From NCBI GenBank assembly GCA_964291655.2, contig OZ219802.1, forward strand, positions 736,001 to 800,000: a DNA stretch of 64,000 nt, read 5' to 3'. The DNA comes from Chloroflexota bacterium. Lineage in GTDB: Bacteria > Chloroflexota > UBA11872 > VXOZ01. The translations under genes were made by a program, and so were the position numbers. The notes below the pieces were generated by a model, which ran no database searches, had not been told where the DNA came from, and saw nothing but the letters and a program-made list of their open reading frames with translations. Positions 39,267 to 49,055 of the stretch are shown piece by piece. The number at the start of each line of letters is the position of its first letter. Position 1 is the stretch's first letter.

Positions 39267-39815
39267 ATGGCTAGCTCTACACCGGCAATCAAGTTCACGT
39301 ACCGGGACTACCGAAACACGCCGGATGACAAGCGCTACGAGTTGTTGGATGGAGACTTAATTGTGGTTCCAGCGCCCAAAGAGATCCATCAAAGAGTCCT
39401 GATGAATCTTTCCTATTTGCTGTTTCAGTCGGTCAAGCGTAGCGGTGCCGGACATGTCTATGCTGCCCCATTTGACGTCGTGCTTTCCAACACGGACGTC
39501 GTTCAGCCCGATCTCCTTTACATCTCCAACGAGCGGGCGCACAAAATTACTGACGAAAACATCCAAGGCGCGCCCGATTTGGTTGTCGAAATCCTCTCTC
39601 CTTCCACGGCAGAACGGGACCAAACCTTCAAACGCTCGCTTTACGCCAAACACGGCGTGAAAGAGTATTGGCTGGTGGATACTGATGCCAAGACGGTGAC
39701 AGTGCTGACTCTGGAAAGTGACGGCTATGCGTTAGTCGCCGTCTATGGAGAGGGGCAAGCCCTGTCCTCGCCCACCCTGGCGGGATTCACTGTCGATACG
39801 GCCGAAGTCTTCTGA
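39267..39815 (+). CDS. Uma2 family endonuclease, copy 3
   Basis: Same motifs; starts 625 bp after copy 2; divergent C-terminus. Confidence 0.93.
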   Translation: MASSTPAIKFTYRDYRNTPDDKRYELLDGDLIVVPAPKEIHQRVLMNLSYLLFQSVKRSGAGHVYAAPFDVVLSNTDVVQPDLLYISNERAHKITDENIQGAPDLVVEILSPSTAERDQTFKRSLYAKHGVKEYWLVDTDAKTVTVLTLESDGYALVAVYGEGQALSSPTLAGFTVDTAEVF

Positions 39816-39891
39816 CCCTGAATTCGCGCCCTACTACGCATTTCACATACCAGCTCGCGAAGTAGGCAGTAAAACCGTTCATCGCCCAATG

Positions 39892-41388
39892 CTATTGTGA
39901 CTCCACCTTAAAGTTCGGCTCTAACGCTACGTACAGGTCACAGAATTCTTGGAATCGCTGCTCGTAGCAGTCTGAATCAGCTCCGTCCGGCGCACAGGTC
40001 CCCTGGGAATTCGGCCGCCACTCGGCAAGCCAGGTGTCGTCCGCCTTCTGAGCGGCAACGAGAGCCAATAGTGCCGCCCCCTGTGCCGCGCTGTCCCCGC
40101 CCTCGATTACGGTGAGCGGGCGCTGAAGCACATCCGCAAGAATTTGCAGCATCAACGGAAATGCTGCCCCGCCGGTCACATTGAGCGGAGTCACCGTGCC
40201 TCCTAGATGCGTTTCTATTTGTGCGAGCACGTTTCGCAGGGCAAACGCAATGCCCTCCACCACCGCCCGTGCCATTTCGGCTTGGCTTGTGCCAAGCTGA
40301 AGTCCGTAAAAGACTCCACGCGCGTCACGGTTCCACAACGGCGCGCGTTCGCCCATGAGATACGGCAGAAAGATCACGCCCCCTGCCCTCGGTTCACTCG
40401 TGGCAGCCAATCTTACCAATTCCTCGACAGACTCGATACCCAAGAGCGCTGCCGCCCAGCGCAGAGTTGCGCCGCCTAGCAACGTGGGCGCCACATGCAG
40501 GTAGCGGCCCGGTAATACATGGCGGCGCGTATAGAATCTTGGGTCAGCCACACTGCGCTCCGTACAGACGGTAAGAACACTCGTTGTGCCGAGAGAGAGC
40601 ACGCCTGCTTGTGGTGACACCAGGCCTGCGCTGACTGCAGCAGCTTGCGCATCCGCTCCTCCCATAGCGACCGGCATGCCTTCCGGGACGCCTAACTGCT
40701 CTGCCGCCTGGGGTAAGACTTTTCCAACCACCGCCTGAGAAGGCATGTGAGGCGGTAGCTTTTCAGGTGGAATGCCAATCTGGCGGCACCAGTCGTCGAG
40801 CCAGCGGGGAGGGTCGTTCAGCGCAAACAGTCCGGTAAGCTGTGCGTTCGCCCAGTCAATGCCAAATGTTCCGGTGAGGCGATGGGCAAGATAGGTCGTC
40901 AGGGTGCCAAAATAGGCGCATGTTGCCGCAAGAGCAGGCCGCTCCTCCACGAACCACAGAATGCTGCTCAGTGTTGTGCTGCCGCTCTCGATCCGAATTC
41001 CAGTCCGCCGTACTATCGTCAACTGATTAGCGCCGGTCAGTACGCGCTTTACTTGCTGTACACTGCGCCGGTCCTCATAGATGATTCCGGCATGCAGCGG
41101 CGTACCGTCGTCGGCTAGGGGCGCCACCGAGGGCGCAAGCGAGGTGAGGCCTATCCCAATAATGCCCTTTGGCGCAGATGCACTGGGCAAGAATGAGAAA
41201 GCCGCGCGGAGAGCTACTTGGACACTGTCCCAACAACGTGGAAAGTCAATCTCCGCCCAGCCCGGTTGTGGGCGTTCGATTCTCGTAGGGGCACTGCCAC
41301 GAGCCACGATAGCGCCTTCGCTATCACAAAGGACTACCTTGGTGGCAGTGCTGCCGACGTCAATGCCAACCGCATATTCAGGAGACAT
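39892..41388 (-). CDS. FGGY-family carbohydrate kinase (xylulokinase-like)
   Basis: GIDVGSTATK, DRR, GGAD, FLPYLMGERAP, RAVVEG, TGG. Confidence 0.9.
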   Translation of the reverse strand: MSPEYAVGIDVGSTATKVVLCDSEGAIVARGSAPTRIERPQPGWAEIDFPRCWDSVQVALRAAFSFLPSASAPKGIIGIGLTSLAPSVAPLADDGTPLHAGIIYEDRRSVQQVKRVLTGANQLTIVRRTGIRIESGSTTLSSILWFVEERPALAATCAYFGTLTTYLAHRLTGTFGIDWANAQLTGLFALNDPPRWLDDWCRQIGIPPEKLPPHMPSQAVVGKVLPQAAEQLGVPEGMPVAMGGADAQAAAVSAGLVSPQAGVLSLGTTSVLTVCTERSVADPRFYTRRHVLPGRYLHVAPTLLGGATLRWAAALLGIESVEELVRLAATSEPRAGGVIFLPYLMGERAPLWNRDARGVFYGLQLGTSQAEMARAVVEGIAFALRNVLAQIETHLGGTVTPLNVTGGAAFPLMLQILADVLQRPLTVIEGGDSAAQGAALLALVAAQKADDTWLAEWRPNSQGTCAPDGADSDCYEQRFQEFCDLYVALEPNFKVESQ

Positions 41389-41470
41389 GGCAGCCGAATG
41401 AAGATCTCTTTACCACTAGAAATAGGAAAGCACGTCGAGTCTTGTTCGTCCCAAGCGAGATAGGACAAGC

Positions 41471-42553
41471 CTAGCGTCGAATGCGCGCCGATCCACCGGC
41501 CGCAAAGGCACGCACGTCGTCTACTGTCGCCATCGTGGTATCGCCGGGGAACGTCGTTATCAAGGCACCGTGGGCCCAGCCCAGCCGTACGGCGTCGGCG
41601 GGGGTTTCACCGGAAATAATCCCGTAGATTAGCCCCGATGCAAAGCCGTCGCCGCCGCCAACACGATCATAGACGTCGAGTTCGGCGGTGGGAGCGAGGT
41701 GGGTATCGCCATTGATCCACGCCACAGCGCTCCAGCTATGGCGATTCGTCGAGTGTACTTCACGGAGTGTGGTCGCGACGATTCTTACTTGCGGAAACTG
41801 ACCGACAACTTGGTCTATCATGGCGGTAAAAGCGCTTGGGTCAAGCTTTGAGGTTGCTGCCACCTCCGGACCCGGAATGCCCAGCCCAGTCTGCAGATCT
41901 TCCTCATTGCCCACGAGGACATCGACGTTTTCTACGATGCGTCGATTCACGGCGCTTGCGCGGTCCTCGCCACCCCATATCTGCCAAAGCTTTGCACGGA
42001 AGTTCAGGTCATAGGAAACGATTGCGCCGGCCGCTTTGGCCGCCTGCATGCCCTCGATGATGACCTCCGACGTGGTCTCCGACAGTGCCGCAAAGATGCC
42101 GCCGCTATGGAACCAACGCACGCCACACGCAAAGATGGCGTCCCAATCAAAGTCGCCGGGTTTGAGCTGCGCCGCCGCCTCATTGCAGCGATTGTAAAAC
42201 ACCACCGGCGCCCGCACGCCCTGGCCCCGATCGCTATAGACCGTTGCCATATTCGGGCCGTTCACGCCGTTGTGCGCAAAGTGCTTGTAGAAGGGCGTCA
42301 CGCCCATGGCGCGGACTCGTTCGGCAATCAAGTCGCCAATAGGATAGTCGACCATTGCGGAGGCGATGCCGGTGTTTAAGCCAAAGCAATTTGCCAGATT
42401 GGCAGCCGTATTGAATTCGCCGCCGCTGACGTGGATCTCACACGTATGCGCCTTACGAAAGGGGATGATCCCCGGGTCGAGGCGATGCACCAGCGCTCCT
42501 AACGAGATTGAGTCCCGTGCCGCATTCGCATTTATGTCCAGACCATAACTCAT
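41471..42553 (-). CDS. PfkB-family sugar kinase (2-keto-3-deoxygluconate kinase-like)
   Basis: GGEFN, YDLNFR, GNEED, DRVGGGDGF. Confidence 0.9.
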   Translation of the reverse strand: MSYGLDINANAARDSISLGALVHRLDPGIIPFRKAHTCEIHVSGGEFNTAANLANCFGLNTGIASAMVDYPIGDLIAERVRAMGVTPFYKHFAHNGVNGPNMATVYSDRGQGVRAPVVFYNRCNEAAAQLKPGDFDWDAIFACGVRWFHSGGIFAALSETTSEVIIEGMQAAKAAGAIVSYDLNFRAKLWQIWGGEDRASAVNRRIVENVDVLVGNEEDLQTGLGIPGPEVAATSKLDPSAFTAMIDQVVGQFPQVRIVATTLREVHSTNRHSWSAVAWINGDTHLAPTAELDVYDRVGGGDGFASGLIYGIISGETPADAVRLGWAHGALITTFPGDTTMATVDDVRAFAAGGSARIRR

Positions 42554-43120
42554 GTCGTGCCCTCCTCCGATTCGTGCTGCGGTTGATGTACGCGGTTCTC
42601 AGTTCAAATCCTGTAATGTCGCCCCTTAGGAGGCGGCGCGCAGCCGCTCTCCTGCTGCTACTAGGATTATACGCGAAGCCCATAGCAAAGATAGCGCAAG
42701 ACTGCGGCCCTTCCTCAGCGCATCGCTTTGCGGACGAGGAAGCCCGATGACTACTGCAACCGGTCGACGGTCTCAAGCCGACGATTCGGCTGGAGTCGTC
42801 GGCTGGCGCATCCACCCAAATGCAGTTGCCTCTGTGACCGCCGCAGGTTGGGGTGAGACCTGCCTCCTAACAGTGCACTCAAAAGGACTGCTGCGCGGTC
42901 AGGCGGTTTCCCGCACGTACCAAGAAACGGGATACCTTGCTCGCACCGCGAAGTCGATGCTACCATATAGACACGCTGGCGGGAGATCGTCAGGAGATGG
43001 ACAAGGAAATTCATGAACACAGCCACCCGTAGTGCGGCATCTGCGGGCGGCTTCTTTACTTAAAGCAGCCTGCAAACTTGAGCAGATTCATCAGGAATAC
43101 GGAGAGGGCTGAAAGCCCGC

Positions 43121-43936
43121 ATGAGCAACCGACGGACACTGCTTAAGGCCGCGTTTCCGGCTACGATTGGTACCTTGGCCGCGGCGTGCGCGCCGCTCGA
43201 CAGCGTGCGGTCCCGTTTCGAGTCGGACGATCGCGATCGCCTCAACGTGTTTGCTGATGCCAGCCTAGCCCCCATCGTGCCATCGGTCACGAGTGACTTT
43301 GAGGGCGCCAATCCCAGCACCCGTCTCGACATCTCATTGCGCCCTTCCGGAGAAATCATGCGAGCCCTCCTCGGGGGCAAGCACTTCGATGCCGTTCTGC
43401 TTGGAGGCGATACGTTTGGCGTGCCGTTAGTTGAGGCGGGACTGATCAAGATCGGTACAATGCGGCCAATCGCGTCGAACTGGCTCGTGATTGCTACTCC
43501 CCGCGCAGGCGCGCTGGAGATCCAATCCCCGCAAGACCTATTGCGTGCAGACGTTGAGCGCATTGGAATTGCTGACTGGGAAGAGTCAGCGCTCGGCAGG
43601 TACGCTTTCCAGTCATTGGGGAGCCTTGAGCTATGGGAGACCCTGGCCGATAAGCGTGCCAAGACCCGCGACGAGCGCGAATTGGTGGAGAGAGTCAGCG
43701 ATGGCAAAGTGGACGCCGCCGTTCTCTATTCCTCGTCAGTTGCTTCTGCGAGCGAACGCGTCATGGGCCAGGCGCCCTTGCCCGAACAGAGCCACCGCCC
43801 CATCATCTACTACGTCGGCATTTCCCAGAAGACCAAGTATTCGATCATGCGTTCACAGTTTTCGGCATACCTTGTCAGCCAGCGGGGGCAGCGCCACTTC
43901 GAGTCGGCGGGCTACCGCATGCTGAACTTGCACTAG
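43121..43936 (+). CDS. Divergent molybdate-binding-type lipoprotein (ModA-like), Tat signal
   Basis: RRTLL..AAAC, LNVFADASL, SGEI, ASNWLV, GRYA, DAA.LYSS, PIIY. Confidence 0.75.
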   Translation: MSNRRTLLKAAFPATIGTLAAACAPLDSVRSRFESDDRDRLNVFADASLAPIVPSVTSDFEGANPSTRLDISLRPSGEIMRALLGGKHFDAVLLGGDTFGVPLVEAGLIKIGTMRPIASNWLVIATPRAGALEIQSPQDLLRADVERIGIADWEESALGRYAFQSLGSLELWETLADKRAKTRDERELVERVSDGKVDAAVLYSSSVASASERVMGQAPLPEQSHRPIIYYVGISQKTKYSIMRSQFSAYLVSQRGQRHFESAGYRMLNLH

Positions 43937-43954
43937 AAATAGGAGCAACGACAC

Positions 43955-44773
43955 TTGGTTCCCATCAACGCCCGTATAAGCCAGCTTTGCGCCGGCAAGG
44001 ACAGCGCGCTTTGCATCGGCTTGGATGTGGACTTGTCTCGTTTGCCCGCGGGGATGCCAGCAACCCGTGAGGGAGTGGTCGGCTTCTGCCGCGACATTAT
44101 TGACGCCACCCATCAGTTCACCGCCGCCTACAAGCCCAATCTTGCCTTCTTCGAGAGTATGGGCACATGGGGATTCGAGGCACTAGAAGCTGTGCGGCGG
44201 CACATTCCGCCTGACGCAATCGCGGTCGCCGACGCCAAACGCGGCGACATTGATTCTACAAACGTGCACTACGCCGCGGCCGTATTTGACGTGCTGGGAT
44301 TCGATGCAGTAACCGCACACCCTTATCTCGGCGCCGAAACCTTGGAGCCCTTCCTTAACCGCCCGGACCGCGGCGTCTTCGTGCTCTGCCGCACATCAAA
44401 CCCCGGCGCGCGGGACTTCCAAGACTTGCGCAATGAGACCGGAGAGCAGCTCTATATCTCGGTGGCCAGAGCCGTACAATCGTGGAACATAAACGACAAT
44501 TGCGGCTTGGTAACCGGGGCGACGTATCCTGAAGAACTGGCAAAGGTGCGACAGGTAGCACCCGACCTTCCCCTGCTTATCCCCGGCATTGGCACGCAGG
44601 GCGGCGACGTGAAAGCGTCGGTGCGTGCCGCCGGCACAGCCGCGCCCATGCTCATCAACGCCTCGCGCAGTATCCTCTATGCCAGCAATGACCGTGACTT
44701 TGCCGAGGCAGCGGCCAGCGCAGCCGCCAAGCTCCACGCGGAAATCAATGAGGCACGCGCGGCAGTCACGTAG
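43955..44773 (+). CDS. pyrF: Orotidine-5'-phosphate decarboxylase
   Basis: LCIGLD, YKPN.AFFE, DAKRGDI, RTSNPGA, GATYP, PGIG.QGG, SRSI.YA. Confidence 0.97.
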   Translation: MVPINARISQLCAGKDSALCIGLDVDLSRLPAGMPATREGVVGFCRDIIDATHQFTAAYKPNLAFFESMGTWGFEALEAVRRHIPPDAIAVADAKRGDIDSTNVHYAAAVFDVLGFDAVTAHPYLGAETLEPFLNRPDRGVFVLCRTSNPGARDFQDLRNETGEQLYISVARAVQSWNINDNCGLVTGATYPEELAKVRQVAPDLPLLIPGIGTQGGDVKASVRAAGTAAPMLINASRSILYASNDRDFAEAAASAAAKLHAEINEARAAVT

Positions 44774-44798
44774 GGGCACGACATGTCGTGCCCCTACG
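44769..44798. repeat. Perfect 30-bp GTAG-type palindrome overlapping the pyrF stop codon
   Basis: cgtaggggcacgaca|tgtcgtgcccctacg. Confidence 0.9.
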
Positions 44799-44831
44799 AC
44801 CGAGATCGATCGGGAGCGCGGCGTTCACTTA

Positions 44832-45108
44832 CCTTTCGCACAGAGCCCGTCGCGGGGCGCGCTCACTCTCCGTTCACACTGAGCCCGTCGCAGTGCGGTC
44901 CAGCTGCCAGAGGCAGCGACCTCCCTCCGTTCGCGCTGAGCCTGTCGAAGTGCAGTCCAGCTGGCAGGCGGCAGTCACCCTCTGCCTCACGGACCCAGTC
45001 GCGGGGCGCGATCTCCCTCCGTTCGCGCTGAGCCTGTCGAAGTGCAGTCCAGCTTCCAGACGCAGCGATCTCCCTCCGTTCGCGCTGAGCCTGTCGAAGT
45101 GTGAACGG
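44832..45108. repeat. Tandem array of about 5 REP-like units (57-nt basic period) between convergent pyrF and uvrC
   Basis: ccgttcgcgctgagcctgtcgaagtg at 44927, 45019 and 45076; degenerate copies at 44870 and 44832; linkers related to each other. Confidence 0.88.
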
Positions 45109-45121
45109 ACATGGGCAGGAG

Positions 45122-47005
45122 CTACAGATGCTCCTTGACCTTCTCCGCCACCGCGCGGTTCATTTTCGGCGCCCCGGCCAAGACCTCGACGGACGCCTGC
45201 CGAATAGCATCCACGCTCCCAAAGTGCTGCAGCAAAGCTACTTTCCGCTTCGTGCCGATGCCCGGCACCTTGTCAAGCAAAGATCCAAGCGTATGTTTGG
45301 TGCGCACGGTGCGATGGTACGTAACGGCGAAGCGGTGCGCTTCATCGCGGACACGCTGCAATAGCTTCCGTGCCTCAGATCGCTCCTCTAGCTCGATTGG
45401 CTTAGATTCTCCAGGTAGAATGATTTCTTCACGCTGCTTCGCAAGCCCCAGCACGGGTATGTCGTGCAATGCGAGATTCGCCAGCACTTCCAAGACAGCA
45501 TTCAGTTGCCCCTTGCCGCCGTCTATCACCAGCAGGTCGGGCTTTATGCCCCAGGAGTCCAGCGCGTCCGCCTCGTCTTGCCCGTCTTGTTCGTTATGTT
45601 TACCTGTTTCCTCTTCGGCCCTTAAGTCACTCAGGCGCTTCAGCCGCCGTGTGAGCATTTCCTGCAAACTCGCATAGTCGTTGGGGCCGTCTACGGTCTT
45701 GATGCGGAAGCGGCGGTAATCGCCAGTGCTGGGGAGACCGGTAACGAACACCGCCATAGCGCCAACCGTATACGCGCCCTGGATATTCGAGATGTCGTAA
45801 CACTCGATGCGCACCGGTGCTTGGTCCAGATCGAGCACGTCAGCCAATTCGGTGAGGGCTACCTGCGCCCGTTGCTGGCTGTCGAGGTGCCGCAGACGGT
45901 GGTCCTGCAGGCCCTGGCGGGCGTTGTTTCCCGCTAACTCGACCAAGCGGCGCTTCTCCCCAATCTTTGGCACATTTAAGGTCACGCTGCCGCCGCGCCG
46001 TTCCCGCAGCCACGTGCGGAGCAACTCAGCGCCGCGAATACCGACCGGCAGGAAGAGCGCCTGCGGTATCTGCATACTGCGACCGTAGAACTGCTGCAGA
46101 AAGTCCCGTATCACGTCGCGGTCTTCCTCGTCAGACACGTGTTCAAGGATGAAATTCTCACGCCCGAGTAGGTGGCCGCCGCGAATACTGAAGACTTGCA
46201 CGCACGCCTCATCCTGCTCGCGCGCGAAACCAATGACATCAATGTCTCCCTGGCGAATATTGGTGATCTTCTGGCGCTCGAGAACGCGCTCAACCGCCCG
46301 GATGCGGTCGCGCATCACCGCTGCGCGTTCGAATTCCAGCGCATCCGACGCTTCGCGCATGTCACCGCGGAGGTTCCGAATTACGTCGCCCGGCCTTCCT
46401 TCAAGAAAGCGGGTGACCTGTTCGATGATCCCCCCGTACCCCTCTTGGGTAACTGCCCCGATGCACGGACCCGCGCAGCGCTTGATGTGATAGTCCAGGC
46501 ACGGCCGTTCATACTCTTTGTCCATATTCAGCGCACAGGACCGATAGGGGAAGAGCCGATTGAGCAGGTTCATGGTGTCGCGCAGGCTATAGGCGCTGGT
46601 ATACGGTCCATAGTAGCTTGCGCCATCATCCAGTATTCGCCGTGTTGTCAACACACGGGGATAGCGCTCATTGAGGGTGATCTTGAGGTAGAGAAACGAT
46701 TTGTCGTCGCGCAGCACCACGTTGTAGCGCGGCCGATGGTGCTTGATAAGATTACTCTCCAGCACCAAGGCTTCAATTTCCGTATCGGTAATGATGTAAT
46801 CGAGCGTCTTGGCATTCTCCACCATGCTCCTGGTCTTCCAGGGCAACCGGTCCTGCCGGCCAAAGTACGAGCGCACACGGTTACGGAGCAGCTTTGCCTT
46901 ACCCACATAGAGCACCGTGCCCTTGCCGTCACGAAAGAGGTAGCACCCCGGCAACAATGGGATAGTAGCCATCCGCTCGCGGATTTCTTTGACCGGAATC
47001 GACAC
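45122..47005 (-). CDS. uvrC: Excinuclease ABC subunit C
   Basis: GCY..LYVGKA..LRNRVRSYF GIY-YIG, PRYN, FERAA, RIECYDIS, IDGGKGQ, RDEAHRFA, HhH; GTG start with GGAGA RBS. Confidence 0.97.
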   Translation of the reverse strand: MSIPVKEIRERMATIPLLPGCYLFRDGKGTVLYVGKAKLLRNRVRSYFGRQDRLPWKTRSMVENAKTLDYIITDTEIEALVLESNLIKHHRPRYNVVLRDDKSFLYLKITLNERYPRVLTTRRILDDGASYYGPYTSAYSLRDTMNLLNRLFPYRSCALNMDKEYERPCLDYHIKRCAGPCIGAVTQEGYGGIIEQVTRFLEGRPGDVIRNLRGDMREASDALEFERAAVMRDRIRAVERVLERQKITNIRQGDIDVIGFAREQDEACVQVFSIRGGHLLGRENFILEHVSDEEDRDVIRDFLQQFYGRSMQIPQALFLPVGIRGAELLRTWLRERRGGSVTLNVPKIGEKRRLVELAGNNARQGLQDHRLRHLDSQQRAQVALTELADVLDLDQAPVRIECYDISNIQGAYTVGAMAVFVTGLPSTGDYRRFRIKTVDGPNDYASLQEMLTRRLKRLSDLRAEEETGKHNEQDGQDEADALDSWGIKPDLLVIDGGKGQLNAVLEVLANLALHDIPVLGLAKQREEIILPGESKPIELEERSEARKLLQRVRDEAHRFAVTYHRTVRTKHTLGSLLDKVPGIGTKRKVALLQHFGSVDAIRQASVEVLAGAPKMNRAVAEKVKEHL

Positions 47006-47126
47006 GCAGAATCTCCATTGGTTGTGCTTGCCAGCACCGACCTCCCGCCATCCGTATGGTATCATGAGCACAAATGGCTCCGTTTTCCCTTCTCTTACTA
47101 TGGTTAACCTTGTGGTGAAGTAGCAA

Positions 47127-47438
47127 GTGTCCAGTAACCTTGAAGATTGATTCCATCGGGCGATGCTGAGCATTGACGCCACAGCTGGCAAGTATGGCTA
47201 TCACCCGAGCTATTTCTTGCGCATGGTACATGAGCTTGGCGGTCTCGGAGCGGCAAAGCAACTGCTCAGCACAGATAACCCGCAATCTGGATTGGCCAGA
47301 CTTTGGGAGTTGGAACTGCTTGACAACTCTATGGAAGCCTTGGTCATACAAGAGCAATGGAGAGAGCTCTTTAGCGAAGAAGAACTACAAGAGGCACGCA
47401 GACGGTTGAGAGAGTACGGGTATACGTTTCCACGTTGA
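47127..47438 (+). pseudogene. Small conserved-looking hypothetical gene with an in-frame TGA at codon 8 (or a shorter CDS from ATG 47163)
   Basis: GTG TCC AGT AAC CTT GAA GAT TGA TTC CAT CGG GCG ATG, in frame with the 91-aa ORF; purine-rich ggtgaag before the GTG. Confidence 0.5.
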
Positions 47439-47549
47439 AAGTCGACAACCAATAGTCGCCCCGGCGCATGTCGGAGTCCAGAGCAAAGTGGATGATGGGG
47501 AATGCGGCGGTGGCAGCGTGACTGCCCGAAGTATAAGGAACAATTAGGG

Positions 47550-47810
47550 ATGGCGGTATTTGATACTTTCAGAGCGTTTGAAGCCCTGACAGGCGCGGGC
47601 TTCACAGAACGCCAAGCCAAAGCCCTTATCGACGTGGGCCGCGAAGGCTACGGTGCGCTAGCAACCAAAACTGACATTCAGGACATGGCGACCAAAACCG
47701 ACTTGCGCGAACTAGAACAGCGCATAACCATCAAGGTTGGCGCTATGCTGTTCACGTTAGCGGGCTTACTGGTTGCGGTACTGGTCGCGCTGGAACTGCT
47801 GCCGCTCTAG
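47550..47810 (+). CDS. DUF1640/CCDC90-like small coiled-coil protein with C-terminal TM
   Basis: FDT..L..AGF.E.QA, tandem ATKTD repeats, hydrophobic tail. Confidence 0.75.
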   Translation: MAVFDTFRAFEALTGAGFTERQAKALIDVGREGYGALATKTDIQDMATKTDLRELEQRITIKVGAMLFTLAGLLVAVLVALELLPL

Positions 47811-47987
47811 ACTCGATCGGGGCTGGCGAAGAAGTGTATGCCAGCAAACATACACTCAATGCAATTCTGCTAGGATGTTTTCCCTTTGTAAGGCAAGAAA
47901 ACCGCTTGCGGACCCCAATAATCCGTGCGCTGTTGTGAGCGAGCACTATTATGTTCAGACATAGGCTCTAAAGAAGGAGTGACCGAA

Positions 47988-48785
47988 ATGCGTTTCACGA
48001 GGAAGTTCATTGGTCTGCTAGCCATCGCGAGCCTACTGCTCTTGGCTGGATGCGCCACTGCGGCGGTGCAGGCCGCGCCCCCGGCGGCGGAAGCCGGAGC
48101 CTCGGCAGCGACGGCCTACAACGGCGGCGAAGAGAAGCCTCTCGAGCGTAGCATTTCAGTACAGGGCCAAGGCACGGTGAGCGCCAAACCGGACTTGGTC
48201 ACACTGTCGCTCGGCGTACAGACGACGGGGGAAACCGCAAAGGAGGCACTGGCCCTCAACAGCGAGCAGATGACGGGCGTGGTGGCCGCGGTCCTGGACG
48301 CCGGGATTGCAGAAGAAGATATTCAGACCTCCGGCATCAACCTCTATCCCGTCTACGAAGACCGCTCCCTGGTGCAACCCGGTGAGCAGCGCCAAATCGT
48401 CGGTTACCGGGCGTCAAACGATGTAAGCGTCAGGGTCCACGATATCGAAATAGCAGGCTCGGTGCTTGACGCGGCGGTTACTGCCGGCGCCAACCAGGTC
48501 GGCGGCGTGCGGTTCGGCTTAAGCGACACCGAGACCATCGTGACAGACGCGCTGATCGCGGCGGTGCAGAATGCCCAGGCCAAAGCGCAGACTATTGCCG
48601 ACACGCTCGGCGTAACGCTTGGCTCTGCGCTCGTGGTCAATGAAGAGTGGATTGAAAGGCCGGAAGCAAGAGGAGTCGCCTTTGCCGCGGAAGCCGCATT
48701 TGACAGCGGCGGTTTTTCCTCACCCGTGCAGGGCGGCGCAGTGAGTGTTACCGCGCACATTCGTGTGACGTTCGCTATCGAGTGA
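47988..48785 (+). CDS. SIMPL (DUF541/YggE) family lipoprotein
   Basis: LLAGC lipobox, ISVQGQG.V..KPD, DIQT, GYRASN, AGAN, A.AKA; AAGGAG RBS. Confidence 0.92.
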   Translation: MRFTRKFIGLLAIASLLLLAGCATAAVQAAPPAAEAGASAATAYNGGEEKPLERSISVQGQGTVSAKPDLVTLSLGVQTTGETAKEALALNSEQMTGVVAAVLDAGIAEEDIQTSGINLYPVYEDRSLVQPGEQRQIVGYRASNDVSVRVHDIEIAGSVLDAAVTAGANQVGGVRFGLSDTETIVTDALIAAVQNAQAKAQTIADTLGVTLGSALVVNEEWIERPEARGVAFAAEAAFDSGGFSSPVQGGAVSVTAHIRVTFAIE

Positions 48786-48830
48786 GGCGAAAAGTCTGGC
48801 AGGTAAGCGGTCGGCATGCAAAGATGATTT

Positions 48831-48867
48831 AAGAAAGCGGGTCGCAAAACGGCCCGCTTTCTTTTCT
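48831..48867. terminator. Intrinsic terminator, possibly bidirectional
   Basis: aagaaagcgggtcg-caaaa-cggcccgctttctt-ttct. Confidence 0.8.
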
Positions 48868-48917
48868 AGCCTGGATTGCTTAAAGAGTGTTTGCAAAGGA
48901 GAGTAGGGCAGCACCAT

Positions 48918-49006
48918 CCGTTCGCCCTGAGCTTGTCGAAGGGTGAATGGAACCGCCGTAAGTTGGCCAATAACCGTTCATGCTTCGACAAGCTCAGCAC
49001 GAACGG
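48918..49006. repeat. Uninterrupted inverted pair of REP-like elements
   Basis: ccgttcgccctgagcttgtcgaagggtgaatgg ... ccgttcatgcttcgacaagctcagcacgaacgg. Confidence 0.88.
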
Positions 49007-49055
49007 TTCTTATCGCCTTTACAGGCCCCCCTCTAAGAAGCTCGCAAACTGGCTC

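Noticed and set aside
38017-39815. Diversity-generating retroelement acting on Uma2
   Set aside because: Differences include many synonymous and non-adenine changes; no reverse transcriptase or template repeat is seen.
42560-43120. Moco riboswitch or other known ncRNA upstream of the ModA-like gene
   Set aside because: Only isolated hairpins; no recognisable conserved motif by eye. An Rfam scan would be decisive.
44832-45108. CRISPR array
   Set aside because: The intervening sequences are related to each other and irregular in length, the repeat is dispersed across the window, and there are no cas genes.
47148-47150. Selenocysteine codon or genome-wide TGA recoding
   Set aside because: No redox-motif context or evident SECIS hairpin, and TGA is a normal stop for many genes in this window.
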